Shown in pieces: positions 21,995 to 33,769 of a DNA stretch of 64,000 nt; position 1 is the stretch's first letter; every line of letters starts with the position of its first letter. Position numbers and translations under genes: made by a program. The notes under the pieces were generated by a model, which was not told where the DNA came from, searched no databases, and saw only the letters and a list, made by a program, of their open reading frames with translations. The stretch spans positions 359,104,001 through 359,168,000 of the forward strand of contig OZ024742.1 in NCBI GenBank assembly GCA_964016885.1. The letters are read 5' to 3'. This DNA is from Eledone cirrhosa (taxonomy: Eukaryota).

Positions 21995-24900
21995 TTGCAT
22001 TTATCTTGCTTTATGTTTATACGAGTTATCACCAAGTCACAACCAGTGACCTCAAGAGACAACAAGGTCCGCCATGTTCAAGAAAGAACACACATATTCA
22101 CACATGCATCCTTAGTGTTTAGACTTGTGATGTACTTATATTGACAGGATCTTCCTTAGTATATGGGCAGTTCCCATTAGTACTATCTTTTGTATTTCTC
22201 CTATACGCGGGTTTCCTGGGATTTGCGATAAGTAGTCGTTAGACCCCTTAGGTATCATTCCCAGAGCGCCTACAACCACTGGTATTGTTTTAGTTCTCAA
22301 TTTCCACAATTTTCCAATTTCTATCTCCAGGTCCTTATACTTGCTCAATTTTTCAAATGTTTTTATAGATACATTCTTGTCTATTGTAACAGACATATCA
22401 ATTAGCAGGCATACCCTCCTTTGAAAGTCCTTCAATATTATATCAGGTCTATTTGCATCTATTTTTCGGTCTGTTTGGATGCTAAAGTTCCACAAGATTG
22501 AGATGTGATCTTTTTCAAGTATGGGAGGTGGTTGATGCTCCCACCAGTTCTTTTGATGGGGCAGGTCAAAATGCTCGCTCTGGGTATTTTCCATACAGAG
22601 GCTTTTCTTGCCATTTCTTAGCCAGTTTCTGTAGCAGTTCTTTCTTTGCAGTTACTTTTACCTGCTTTGCTTTTTCTGTGTTTTCCATTTCAGCAGTAAA
22701 TGGGACTTCTGAAATTTGTAGTCCATTACTGTATCTTTGTGCATCTTTTGTAATGGAATATGATCTTTTGGTGCTTTCGTGTTTCAAAACGAGTTTGATC
22801 ATCCAATCATGTGATTCCCTTAGATATGTGGATAATCCAATTGTTGCAGTTTTCAACGCAATGTCTAACTGGATTAACCCACGTCCTCCTTCTTTCCTAG
22901 GGAGATATATTCTATCTATGTCTGCCTTAGGGTGATGCATTCTGTGCATGGTTAAGAATTTTCGGATTTTTGTATCGAGCCTACGGATCTCTGTGCTTGA
23001 CCAGTTGATGACATTGTAACTGTCGGTTACTACTGGTATGGCAAGCGTGTTTATGGCATCGATCCTATTCCTTGCATTCAATTCCGTTCTTAAGATTGCT
23101 CTGACTCTGCGGTAACATTCCTTCCTTATCCTTTCCCTCATTGTCGAGTGCTTGATTCCGTCTCCTTCACAAACACCTAGATATTTGTAAGTTTGTTCTT
23201 GATCAAGCTCTCTTATCACGTTCCCCCGATCAAGATTAATGTCTGAACTCTTCAGCAGCTTTCCTCTGGTGAACGTTGCTTTGGCGCATTTATCCAGTCC
23301 AAACTCCATTTTAATGTCATCACTGACTGCTTCACAGTGGATAATAGCCCTTGCAATTGTTCATCATTTTTTGCAAATAGTTTCAGGTCATCCATGTAGA
23401 ACAGGTGATTAATGGTTTTGTCATAGACTCTATATCCATGTTTTGTTTCATTGAGCATTTTACTTAATGGTATAAGTGCGATGCAGAATAAAAGCGGTGA
23501 TAAAGAGTCACCCTGAAAAATTCCACAATTAATGTTAACTTCTCCAGCTTCCAGTGATTTTGTTTCACTATTCAAAAGGAGTGTCGTTCTCCATGTCCTC
23601 ATACTGAATGACAAAAACCTCCTGATAACGGGGGATATTTTGAAAATCTCTAAACATTTTTCAATCCAACTGTGTGGCAAACTATCAAATGCTTTTTTAT
23701 AATCTATCCAAGCAATCGATAGATTTTTGTGTCTATTATGACAATCTTCCAGTATCATTTTGTTAACCAGAAGCTGATCCTTACAGCCATATGAGCCTCG
23801 TTTACACCCTTTCTGCTCAATGGGAAATAGGTCATTTGTTATCAGGTGGTCATATGTGTATTCAGTTAGGACTGATGTTAAAATTTTATACATTGTGGTC
23901 AAGCAGGTTATCGGTCTGTAATTTTTGGGATTGTTTGTCTCATCATTCTTCGGTAGCAGGAATGTAATGCCGTTAACTAGCCATGATGCTATCTTTTCTG
24001 GCTCCTTAACTATTTCATTGTAAAGTTGGGCTAACAGCTCATGAGACTCTGTGAAGGCATTTATCCAAAAGTTTTGTATTTTGTCTTTTCCTGGGGATTT
24101 CCATTTGCTGGTTTTTCTTAGAGCCAAGCGCAGCTGTTCAACTGTTATATTTTCCCATGTTTGTTCTTCAAGGTGAGCTGTTTCTTTAATTTGTCTGTCT
24201 ATCCATGGAGCATGTATGTTATGAACTTTTTCTTCGGCCCAGATCTTTTCCCAGAATTCTTGCACTTCCTCCTTGGGTGGTATTGATTTAGCAGTTATTG
24301 TTGACTTACCAATTTTTCTGTAGAAGTTTCTTTGGTTGTTTTTGAACATATTATTGTCCTTATAGAATCTAGATCGTTTTTCAAAGCGCCTTATACGAGC
24401 AGCTTTGGCCGACACTTTTTGCTTGATTGTTTCTATCAGCATGTCTATGTCACATGTTGATCTTATACTGTACTTTTTTTTCAATTTTCTAAGTTTAGTT
24501 TGTTTAACATGTTCACCTACTTTATAGTTTGTTAAAATTTCTATGTCAGATCGGAGAAGGTTTATTTGGCGATTGATGTTATCTTGCCAAGTAGATTTCT
24601 TGTGGGAATTCCTTTGTTTTTTCATCTTCACTCCACATAAGTGAGTGGTGACTTTAGCCGATGCATAATAGAGATGATTTAAGTCAGTAATGCTTAGTTT
24701 GTTTGTGATGATAATGTTTTTGAGAATTATGTTAGTCTTGTGTATTATCTTTTGGTTCTGTTTGGAGTTCTGGATCTTAGGGAGGGTGTCTCGTTCCCCC
24801 ATGTCAGATTCTTTCATTTTCATCCATTCGATCATAATTTCATCCTTCAAGTTGGCAAGTTCATTCTCATTCATTTCTTTATCATTTACGATCTCATTAT

Positions 24901-26527
24901 TTTCATTTGGAGTTTCATCCTGAGCATGCACTCCCTCCACTTTTTCGCTCCTTTCTTTAATTTGTTCTGTTGCCAGTGATTCCGCCCCAACTCTGGGATT
25001 CGAAGTGTTACAATTTACCTCGTTTTCACTGACACATGCTTCATTTTCCCTTCGCTGACTTTGTGCTACTAGCTTGATCTGATCAATTTCTATATCAGTT
25101 AGTAACTTTTTTCTTACAATATTTCTTCGTATATTGGCTAGTTTGTTACTGTCAATATAGCCTCTGTTTTCGGGATGTTTCTTTTTCCAGTTGATATATG
25201 TTTGCTCTGTATTCGATGTATTTGATGGGTAGTACATGGCAGTGTAGAAAGCCTCAAGGACTTCTTTATTATCTTCCCTTGACCATTTTTCTCTCTTTTT
25301 CTTTGGATTTCTTGGTGGTGAGCATGGAGGGCCAACAGTAGGAGTATTCCGGTTATGGGAGGTCTCCAGCTCCGAAGTGATGGGAAGGTTTGAACCATTA
25401 GCTGATTTTTCGACCCCAGTCTGGTTCCTCTCTGAGGGACGCGGCCCTTTTTTACCCGGGTGACGGCCGATCCGGTATGAGATTTCATCATTAGACATTT
25501 ACTTTATTTTGTCGCGTTTTATCCTTATCCGCCAAGGGGTAATCTTTTCGTGTTACCACTTCTAGAACGAGTGTCAACCAAGACTAGAGGGGTCGTTCTC
25601 CCCTAGAGACATGGCTATTCCCCGCCGGCCGCCATCCCGGTATTTCTTGGTCACGGGGTTTTCTTTTTGTTGTTTTTTTTAAATTGTTATTATCATGAGT
25701 GGTTCATTAATGTGAGCATTGCGTGGCTTAAGAATGAAATTATTAATAATTGTCTCCACTCCAGGCCAGCAATCACCCAGTGCATTACAATAATATAATA
25801 TACTTTTTGTTGTAGTTGGCTGTTATTGCTGCTGGCTATGTCGGTGGTGGTGCCGGGGCTTTTTATATTGTTGGTGAGGAAGGGGTGAGCCAGCAGTCCC
25901 ATAATTGTTGATGTAGACGTTTGTCCGTGGCAAGGTCACCAAGTCAATCTATTTATATCTTTTGCTAGCCTCTCTCTTGTCTAGTGCTACCACCACCTTC
26001 CCTTTTCTCTCTCAAGTTAACAAGGGAATAGTGTCAGTAGCATTGAATGAGTGGTGGCGGCGATGATGGATGTGGTGGGGTGGTGGCAGCGGTGGTGTTG
26101 TGGTTACTGATATAGTATCTATGAGTTTGTGTTCGTATGTTTAATATATATTTTCATTATATTTTGTGTTGACATATTCCCGTAAAATTTGAATTAAACA
26201 TTTTTTTAAATTTGAGACAATAATAATAGTAATTATTATTATGATGCCGGTGAAGTTGCCGTTATATTTAGTGTGATGGGATAGGTAGTGTATCAAGTTT
26301 CTGGTGTTGGTGAAATTGAAATGGCCGCTGTTCTATATAGTGTAGACAGAGGGTGTTTTGTTCCATTTATAACCATTTTCTTTTTTTGAATACAAAATAT
26401 ATAATACAAAATTGAATATTTGAGCGATACAACAATATAATATGGATCCGAAACTTTATGGGACCTCATTCGGTGCCTTTATGCAACATTTGTGCTAAGA
26501 ATTGTTCTTTCACAATTGATTTAATTT
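21995..26527 (-). mobile_element. Family B RLE element, longest copy B3 with ~1 kb 5' leader
   Basis: ORFs 23252..25498 (RT to HLFYMDDLKLF), 22566..23309 (thumb, YKYLG, GGRGL) and 22136..22594 (RLE). One frameshift near 23325 and a deletion of about 290 bp at 22575 that removes the CCHC finger. Confidence 0.93.
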
Positions 26528-26559
26528 ATTATTATTATTATTATTATTATTGTTGTCAT

Positions 26560-27716
26560 TCCTTGAATCTCAGTCATTGATGTTGGTTAACTGGAAAGTC
26601 CGTTGGATTGAATATCAAGCCACTACCTGCAGCCTCAGATATTCAGGACGTATCGGAGGGTTCTTGCTGTTCCAAGCAAGCATGCCTTTTGAAGCGTTCC
26701 AAAAAGCGTGAAGGGGCCGATTTTCTTTAACCGTCCCTGGAAACATTTGGAGATAGTCCCCAGTGCGCCTATGACAATCGGGATCACTTTGACTTCATGG
26801 CAGTTCCAAATCCTTTTCACCTCCCACTTTAGGTCCTGGTATCGGTTAATTTTCTCCCTCTCCTTCTCTTGCACTCTCGTGTCGAACGGGCAGGCCACAT
26901 CAACAATCAGACACGATCTTTTTTCTTTGTCCACAACCACCAGGTCAGGTCTATTGTGTTCCAGTTTTTTGTCCGTCTGTATCCTAAAATCCCACAGCAC
27001 CTTCACCTGATTGTTCTCCATCACCGCCTCTGGCTTATGCTCATACCATTTCTCAGAATGTGGTAAATTGTTTACTTTGCACAGGTGCCAGTGGATCACC
27101 CTGCCCATCACATCGTGTCTCCAGCCCTTATAGTGGGTCTGGGCTAGGTGTTTACACTCGGACACAATGTGAGCCACAGTCTCCTCTCTCTCTCCACAGA
27201 TCCTGCACAGTGGGCTAGCCTCCTCCTTGTAAATATGGTGCTTCAACCACTTCGTTTTGAGGGCCTGCTCCTGCGCAGCCGTTAGCATTCCTTCTGTAGC
27301 CTTTTTGAGGTCTCCTCTTCTCAACCAGTTCCATGTCTGTGGATCTCTAAATTCAGTTTTCTCAAAGAAGGTACTATGAAGGGATTTTCCCTTAAGGCTG
27401 CTCTTCCTCCTTGATGTTATTTCCTCCTTGGGCATCCCCTGGCCTACTGTCCCCTCCTTCAGTACAGTTCTGAGGATTTGGCTCCTTACTATAGGTCACG
27501 TATTTGTATAGGTTGTTTTTCTCCATCTGAACACAGTCCTCTATGCTGATAAGACCTCTTCCACCTTCAGATCTCCTTAGGTAGAGTCTATCGACATCAC
27601 TCCTCTTGTGGAACATGTTCTAGATAGTCAATAGCTTCCTAGTCTTTCTATCCATTTCTTTTTGTTTAGCAACATTCCATCTCAGAATTCCCGCACTCTA
27701 CCTAATAATAGACACA
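26560..27716 (-). mobile_element. Family A RLE element, 5'-truncated copy A4
   Basis: ORF 26635..27435 with CRICG...HIVSEC, RHD, NRPD, DVACP and RYVLNI*. Confidence 0.92.
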
Positions 27717-27858
27717 AGAAATGGCAAGAAAAGCCTCTGTATGGAAAATACCCAGAACGAGCTAACAATTCTGATGTTGACAAAACTTTAACCCATCAGT
27801 GGTTGGCATCCTCTGGACTGAAATCGGAGACTGAAGGACTGATTATATCAGCACAAGA

Positions 27859-27860
<2 letters not shown>
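27716..27860 (+). mobile_element. Inverted 145-bp family B fragment fused to the 5' end of A4
   Basis: Encodes KKWQEKPLYGKYPERANNSDVDKTLTHQWLASSGLKSETEGLIISAQD. It is the reverse complement of 21776-21920. Confidence 0.9.
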
Positions 27861-27916
<56 letters not shown>

Positions 27917-27917
<1 letters not shown>

Positions 27918-28985
27918 TGCATTTATCTTGCTTTATGTTTATACGAGTTATCACCAAGTCACAACCAGTGACCTCAAGAGACAACAAGGGCCGCCATGTT
28001 CAAGAAAGAACATACATATTCACACATGCATCCTTAGTGTTTAGACTTGTGATGTACTTATATTGACAGGATCTTCCTTAGTATATGGGCAGTTCCCATT
28101 AGTACTATCTTTTGTATTTCTCCTATACGCGGGTTTCCTGGGATTTGCGATAAGTAGTCGTTAGACCCCTTAGGTATCATTCCCAGAGCGCCTACAACCA
28201 CTGGTATTGTTTTAGTTCTCAATTTCCACATTTTTCAAATTTCTATCTCCAGGTCCTTATACTTGCTCAATTTTTCAAATGTTTTTATAGATACATTCTT
28301 GTCTATTGGAACAGACATCAATTAGCAGGCATACCCTCCTTTGAAAGTCCTTCAATATTATATCAGGTCTATTTGCATCTATTTTTCGGTCTGTTTGGAT
28401 GCTAAAGTTCCACAAGATTGAGATGTGATCTTTTTCAAGTATGGGAGGTGGTTGATGCTCCCACCAGTTCTTTTGATGGGGCAGGTCAAAATGCTTACAC
28501 ATTATCCAATGTATGTATTGTGCAGCTCTGTCATGCCTGTTTAGGTATTCGGTTGGAGCTATAGGACTGCACATTGAAATTATATGGTCAATGGTCTCTG
28601 GTTGTTTTTTGCATACACGGCATAATGGGCTGCACCCATTTTTTATTATGTTGGCTTGGTAATTTTTGGTTGGCAGACACTGATCTTGTGCCGATATAAT
28701 CAGTCCTTCAGTCTCCGATTTCAGTCCAGTGGATGCCAACCACTGATGGGTTAAAGTTTTGTCAACATCAGGATTGTTAGCTCGCTCTGGGTATTTTCCA
28801 TACAGAGGCCTTTCTTGCCATTTCTTAGCCAGTTTCTGTAGCAGTTCTTTCTTTGCAGTTACTTTTACCTGCTTTGCTTTTTCTGTGTTTTCCATTTCAG
28901 CAGTAAATGGGACTTCTGAAATTTGTAGTCCATCACTGTATCTTTGTGCATCTTTTGTAATGGAATATGATCTTTTGGTGCTTTC

Positions 28986-28987
<2 letters not shown>
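27917..28987 (-). mobile_element. Family B RLE element, 5'-truncated copy B4
   Basis: ORF 28275..28895 with CRVC...HIISMC, RHD and NRPD. (TTA)n on both sides. Confidence 0.92.
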
Positions 28988-29039
<52 letters not shown>

Positions 29040-29047
29040 GTTGTTAT

Positions 29048-29402
29048 TCCTTGAATCTCAGTCATTGATGTTGGTTAACTGGAAAGTCCGTTGGAATGAA
29101 TATCAAGCCACTACCTGCAGCCTCAGATATTCAGGACGTATCGGAGGGTTCTTGCTGTTCCAAGCAAGCATGCCTTTTGAAGCGTTCCAAAAAGCGTGAA
29201 GGGGCCGATTTTCTTTAACCATCCCTGGAAACTTTTGGAGATAGTCCCCAGTGCGCCTATGACAATCGGGATCACTTTGACTTCATGGCAGTTCCAAATC
29301 CTTTTCACCTCCCACTTTAGGTCCTGGTATCGGTTAATTTTCTCCCTCTCCTTCTCTTGCACTCTCGTGTCGAACGGGCAGGCCACATCCACAATCAGAC
29401 AC
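29048..29402 (-). mobile_element. Family A RLE element, short 3' fragment A5
   Basis: ORF 29123..29392 (DVACPFD...RYVLNI*) plus the 3' UTR. Confidence 0.9.
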
Positions 29403-29521
<119 letters not shown>

Positions 29522-29826
29522 CTTACATTAAACTATAATTACACTCCTTATTCCATGCATTAAACTGCAACTATGTTGACACTCTTTAAATAATGTCTTC
29601 CGTGTGAAATTTGTAGCTTATTTTGTTTAACTAATGAATATTTCCAGCTCTGTGCACCTACTCTCTGCATGAACACAACCATCTAGTTGCCTTCCACTGC
29701 ATATTGCTTTACGTTTTTGGCTTCTAACAAATTCACCAATCTCTCTTCTCCTCTCCTATCTCCATCTCTCTCTTCAAGATTGGTTTAATCTTGAACTGTG
29801 TGTATATATATATATATATACACATA

Positions 29827-29882
<56 letters not shown>

Positions 29883-30940
29883 TTCTCACACATATTTATA
29901 TACCTTATATTATATATACATATACGAACTATGTAAAAACGATCTAGTTATTATAAAATAATTTTTAAAATGTTTTTAACTCCCTCCACACAAGTTTAAA
30001 AGATAACAATTATATAACCAATAATATATTATATACTCTATAAAGAATAATTTCTAACATTACTACAATATTAAAACAACCCTTAATTTATTAACAACCT
30101 TAATTACCTATCTTTGTTATTAACCTCCTTTACAACTTCCTGTGTAAACTTATAAAATTAAGCAACCTAACGGTTTACCAACAGCTTAATAACGGTTAAT
30201 ACAAACCCTAGAAAAGATCATTTGTAGATATAAAATGTATAAGATAATATACCTACTATAACAACATGGCCAGTAATTCGGTGGAATTTACATTTAACAA
30301 ACAAACACCTATTGATTATAAACGACTCAAAATAATCCCATGGTTAATGGCTGTGAGTTACAAACAACATATACACATACATACGAACTACAACACAAAA
30401 ACAATTAAATAAAAATCACATATCCAATTCTATCACGTGCTTTGCATTACACCTTACATAACAAATACCTACATTATCACCACATGCCTCTCTAACAAAT
30501 TGCACACTATCTTAAATATTTATAACAAATATAACATGCTTTAACACCCCACACAAAATATGTTTATTTCAACTGCAGTATAACTCTTTCCTCATACATG
30601 CCTTATTGACTGTATTGACTCCTGCATTGTACACCAATTTTCCTTGCTTATAACTTTGTGGCCTGTATTTTTTGGCTTGTGCTTTTTACTTATATCTCTT
30701 CCACTCTCAACCAGTGCTGCCTGTAATTGTGTTCTTTCAAGCAGAACATATTTTTAACTCCTGACTCCCCACATGATGCCTATGACACTAACAACAATTA
30801 TGTACCCTAAATGTTCTGAATGACTAGGATTTTAGTAACATGTTTCGGTATTCCTTATGTTACGATGATTCCAGACTTCCATCAATTGTCAGCAAATAAA
30901 TGTTCTAAACTAAATTTTGATCGTTTTAACACTTTGTGTG

Positions 30941-31020
<80 letters not shown>

Positions 31021-31024
<4 letters not shown>

Positions 31025-31915
31025 GGTACTGGCATTGATAAATATGCTGGGTCCGTCAACCCTTATTATTATTATCTCCCAACGAGCGGAATATTGAGAG
31101 TAAGTTAAACAATTTTTCAATTTTATTGTGGTTTTGTTTTGATATGCACACTTTTTCCTGCTACTAATTTTGTCTCTCACTCTTTTAAGTTGTGAATTAG
31201 ACCGGTTATCTACGCTCGTGGCTGATATATTTCAGCTCGCTACTATATTGTTATATAATGGATGATCGACTTTAAAGTCCGTTAAAGGTTCTTGGCACTA
31301 CCATTGTTACAATCGCTTTCCTCTAGCCAAGCAGCTTGGAGACATGAACCGAATGCTACCATTCTATTTTATATTAATGTGAACTGCTATTTCTAATAGC
31401 CTTCTTTTCACCCCTTGATAATTTGTGTCTGAGACACGTTGGCTGGGTGCTTCTCACAGGAACTAAAAGATTGATTCTTTTTAGCTTCCCGTCCCCACGT
31501 ACAATTTGTAAATCAGTGGCTAGTTGAGAGATAAAGTCCTATCGGTTGCCAGTTGCTAATCGCTTTACCGTGTCGGTTGTCACAAACAGTCATGACCGGC
31601 ATGGGCCGGTGTTTGGATTCTGTCGATCGATTGGTTATTGATTAGGCGATACCCGCTGATGAAGCCGCATAAGCTGATTGTGCATTGTTGCATAATATAT
31701 GTAGATAGATGGTGCAGGGCACCTCACTGCTGCATTAGTGCGGCAGAAACTCGATCCGGGAACCTTATAGGCACCCGTTTTACGTGTGTTGTGTTGAGGC
31801 AAATAACTATGTGTATACTCTGGTAATGTATCTTACATTGCCCATTGAGTGCCCTGAGATACAACTGGTACTGGCATTGATAAATATGGTGGGTCCGTCA
31901 ACCCTCATTATTATT
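31021..31915 (+). mobile_element. Non-coding hammerhead-bearing element with ~45-bp terminal direct repeats, in (TA)n
   Basis: GGTACTGGCATTGATAAATATG(C/G)TGGGTCCGTCAACCCT occurs at about 31025 and 31867. (TA)n on both sides, with an internal hammerhead motif. Confidence 0.6.
31652..31760 (+). ncRNA. Putative type I hammerhead ribozyme with an extended stem II
   Basis: CCCG-CTGATGA-a-GCCGCAT...GTGCGGC-a-GAAA-ctcga-TC-CGGG. Stems I and II pair, and stem III has a mismatch. Confidence 0.6.
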
Positions 31916-31948
31916 ATATATATATATATACATATACACACACACATG

Positions 31949-32013
<65 letters not shown>

Positions 32014-32015
<2 letters not shown>

Positions 32016-32188
32016 CGAAGGGGGTGTGGTAAGGAACCAGGTGGACCTAACGCACCACAGTACTCGATACTTAGGGTAGTAGAGTGGTTGATAGGAAAAG
32101 AGTCAGGACCCCGACGGGTGAGCTCCGGCCGTTTCGACAGCTAGACTCGAAACTGCCGGAGCTCACCCATCGGGGTCCTGACTCTTTT

Positions 32189-32193
<5 letters not shown>
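32014..32193. mobile_element. Short fold-back unit: ~75-nt tail plus ~100-bp palindrome, in (TA)n
   Basis: ATAGGAAAAGAGTCAGGACCCCGA...TCGGGGTCCTGACTCTTTTCCTAT. The same family occurs at 34568-34630 (single arm) and 54998-55463. Confidence 0.7.
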
Positions 32194-32254
<61 letters not shown>

Positions 32255-32590
32255 AATAATGATGGCTGCACGTTGCAAATGGTGGTGCATATGAAAAAGT
32301 AAGTCCTTCATCAGTGACCCTCCAACCGTCCCAGGCATTTCATCGCTTTAAGGGCCATATGCCTCAGGTTGGTGCGAACAACGGCTAAAAAAAGTCGTTG
32401 GGACACGTAAATAAAGGGGACGTTAGGGTAACAAACAAAATGGTTTAAGCAACGGAAAGTGAGAAGAAATAGACAAGTCCCAGATCTCTATGAATATAAA
32501 CTCGGTGAAATCGTGAACAAGAGATAAAAGACCATCAAACCTGGTTGAAATGTGAGCAAGGAAGGAATTTCGTACAGGTCTGACGGGGGG

Positions 32591-32710
32591 AAGAAGAAGA
32601 AGAAGAAGAAGAAGAAGAAGAAGAAGAAGAAGAAGAAGAAGAAGAAGAAGAAGAAGAAGAAGAAGAAGAAGAAGAAGAAGAAGAAGAAGAAGAAGAAGAA
32701 GAAGAAGAAG
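32591..32710. repeat. (GAA)n microsatellite, about 40 units
   Basis: Pure AAG repeats. Confidence 0.97.
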
Positions 32711-33049
32711 GGGTCTGGTCTACGAATTCGGTAAACATAAGTTTTGTGAAGTCGCAGACGAAAGAGAGAGAGAAAAAAATTCCATACCAGCTTGACCAGG
32801 AACGCACGAGAAAAGAATTACACACAGGTCAAACTTGAAGGAGGAGGAGGAAAGAGGAGGAGGAGAGGTAGTGACAGAGAATGAGTGAGTGAAAGTAGAG
32901 GAGGAGGCTAACAGAGAGAGAGACTGCTAGAAAGGGTAAAAGGTACAAAGAACGAGAAAGGGTAAAAGGTACAAAGAACGAAACAGACGGGTAGCAGCAG
33001 AAGAAAAATTATGTGTAAATATGATATATATATATATATATATATATAG

Positions 33050-33702
33050 AAAGATTTGAATGGATACAGTTTAGTTGAAAGGAATTTATTGACACGTGTT
33101 TCTATAACAGTTACATAACCTAAAACAGCTATCTACAAACTTTTAGTTATGCAGACATTCAATATTTCAATGTTATTATTTACTGTCATTTCATCAGAAT
33201 AATATTACTGAGGACCTGTTTAGTTTTTATAGAGAATATTAGGAGGGAGGGGTGAAGTTGTTAGAAGAATAGTTGAAGGAGTGGTTTTTCGATAGCAGTG
33301 AGAATTCTTGGTGGCAGTGAGTAATTAGATTCCCATCTGTTGTTTTGACATTTTTTATAGAATATATTATTGGTTATTTTTCTAAATCTATAGAAGGATT
33401 AGAGATAGTAAAGATATGCGTGGTTGGTTTTGTGTTTGCACTTAATTAACATTCAGACTTAAATTTTTCTTTCAAGTGTACGTATCCTTTCACCCACGCA
33501 TTCACACACAAATATATTTGCACACCTCTACAAAATACATATACTCACAATTCACATATTCATACTTACGTATATATACACATGCATACACATATATATA
33601 CACACATGTATTCATGTACATACATACGCGCTCATGTGTATACGTTTTCATACTCAACTTATCTTTATATACACACGTATAGACACACACATATATACAT
33701 AC

Positions 33703-33769
<67 letters not shown>

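Noticed and set aside
2030-22580. Internal deletions in A3, B1 and B3 as spliced introns
   Set aside because: The deleted segments lack GT...AG ends on the sense strand, and the junctions show short microhomology instead.
29880-30940. Decayed mobile element or gene
   Set aside because: AT-rich with no sustained ORF. Only a partial GAAACATGTT motif on minus (about 30845), which is insufficient support.
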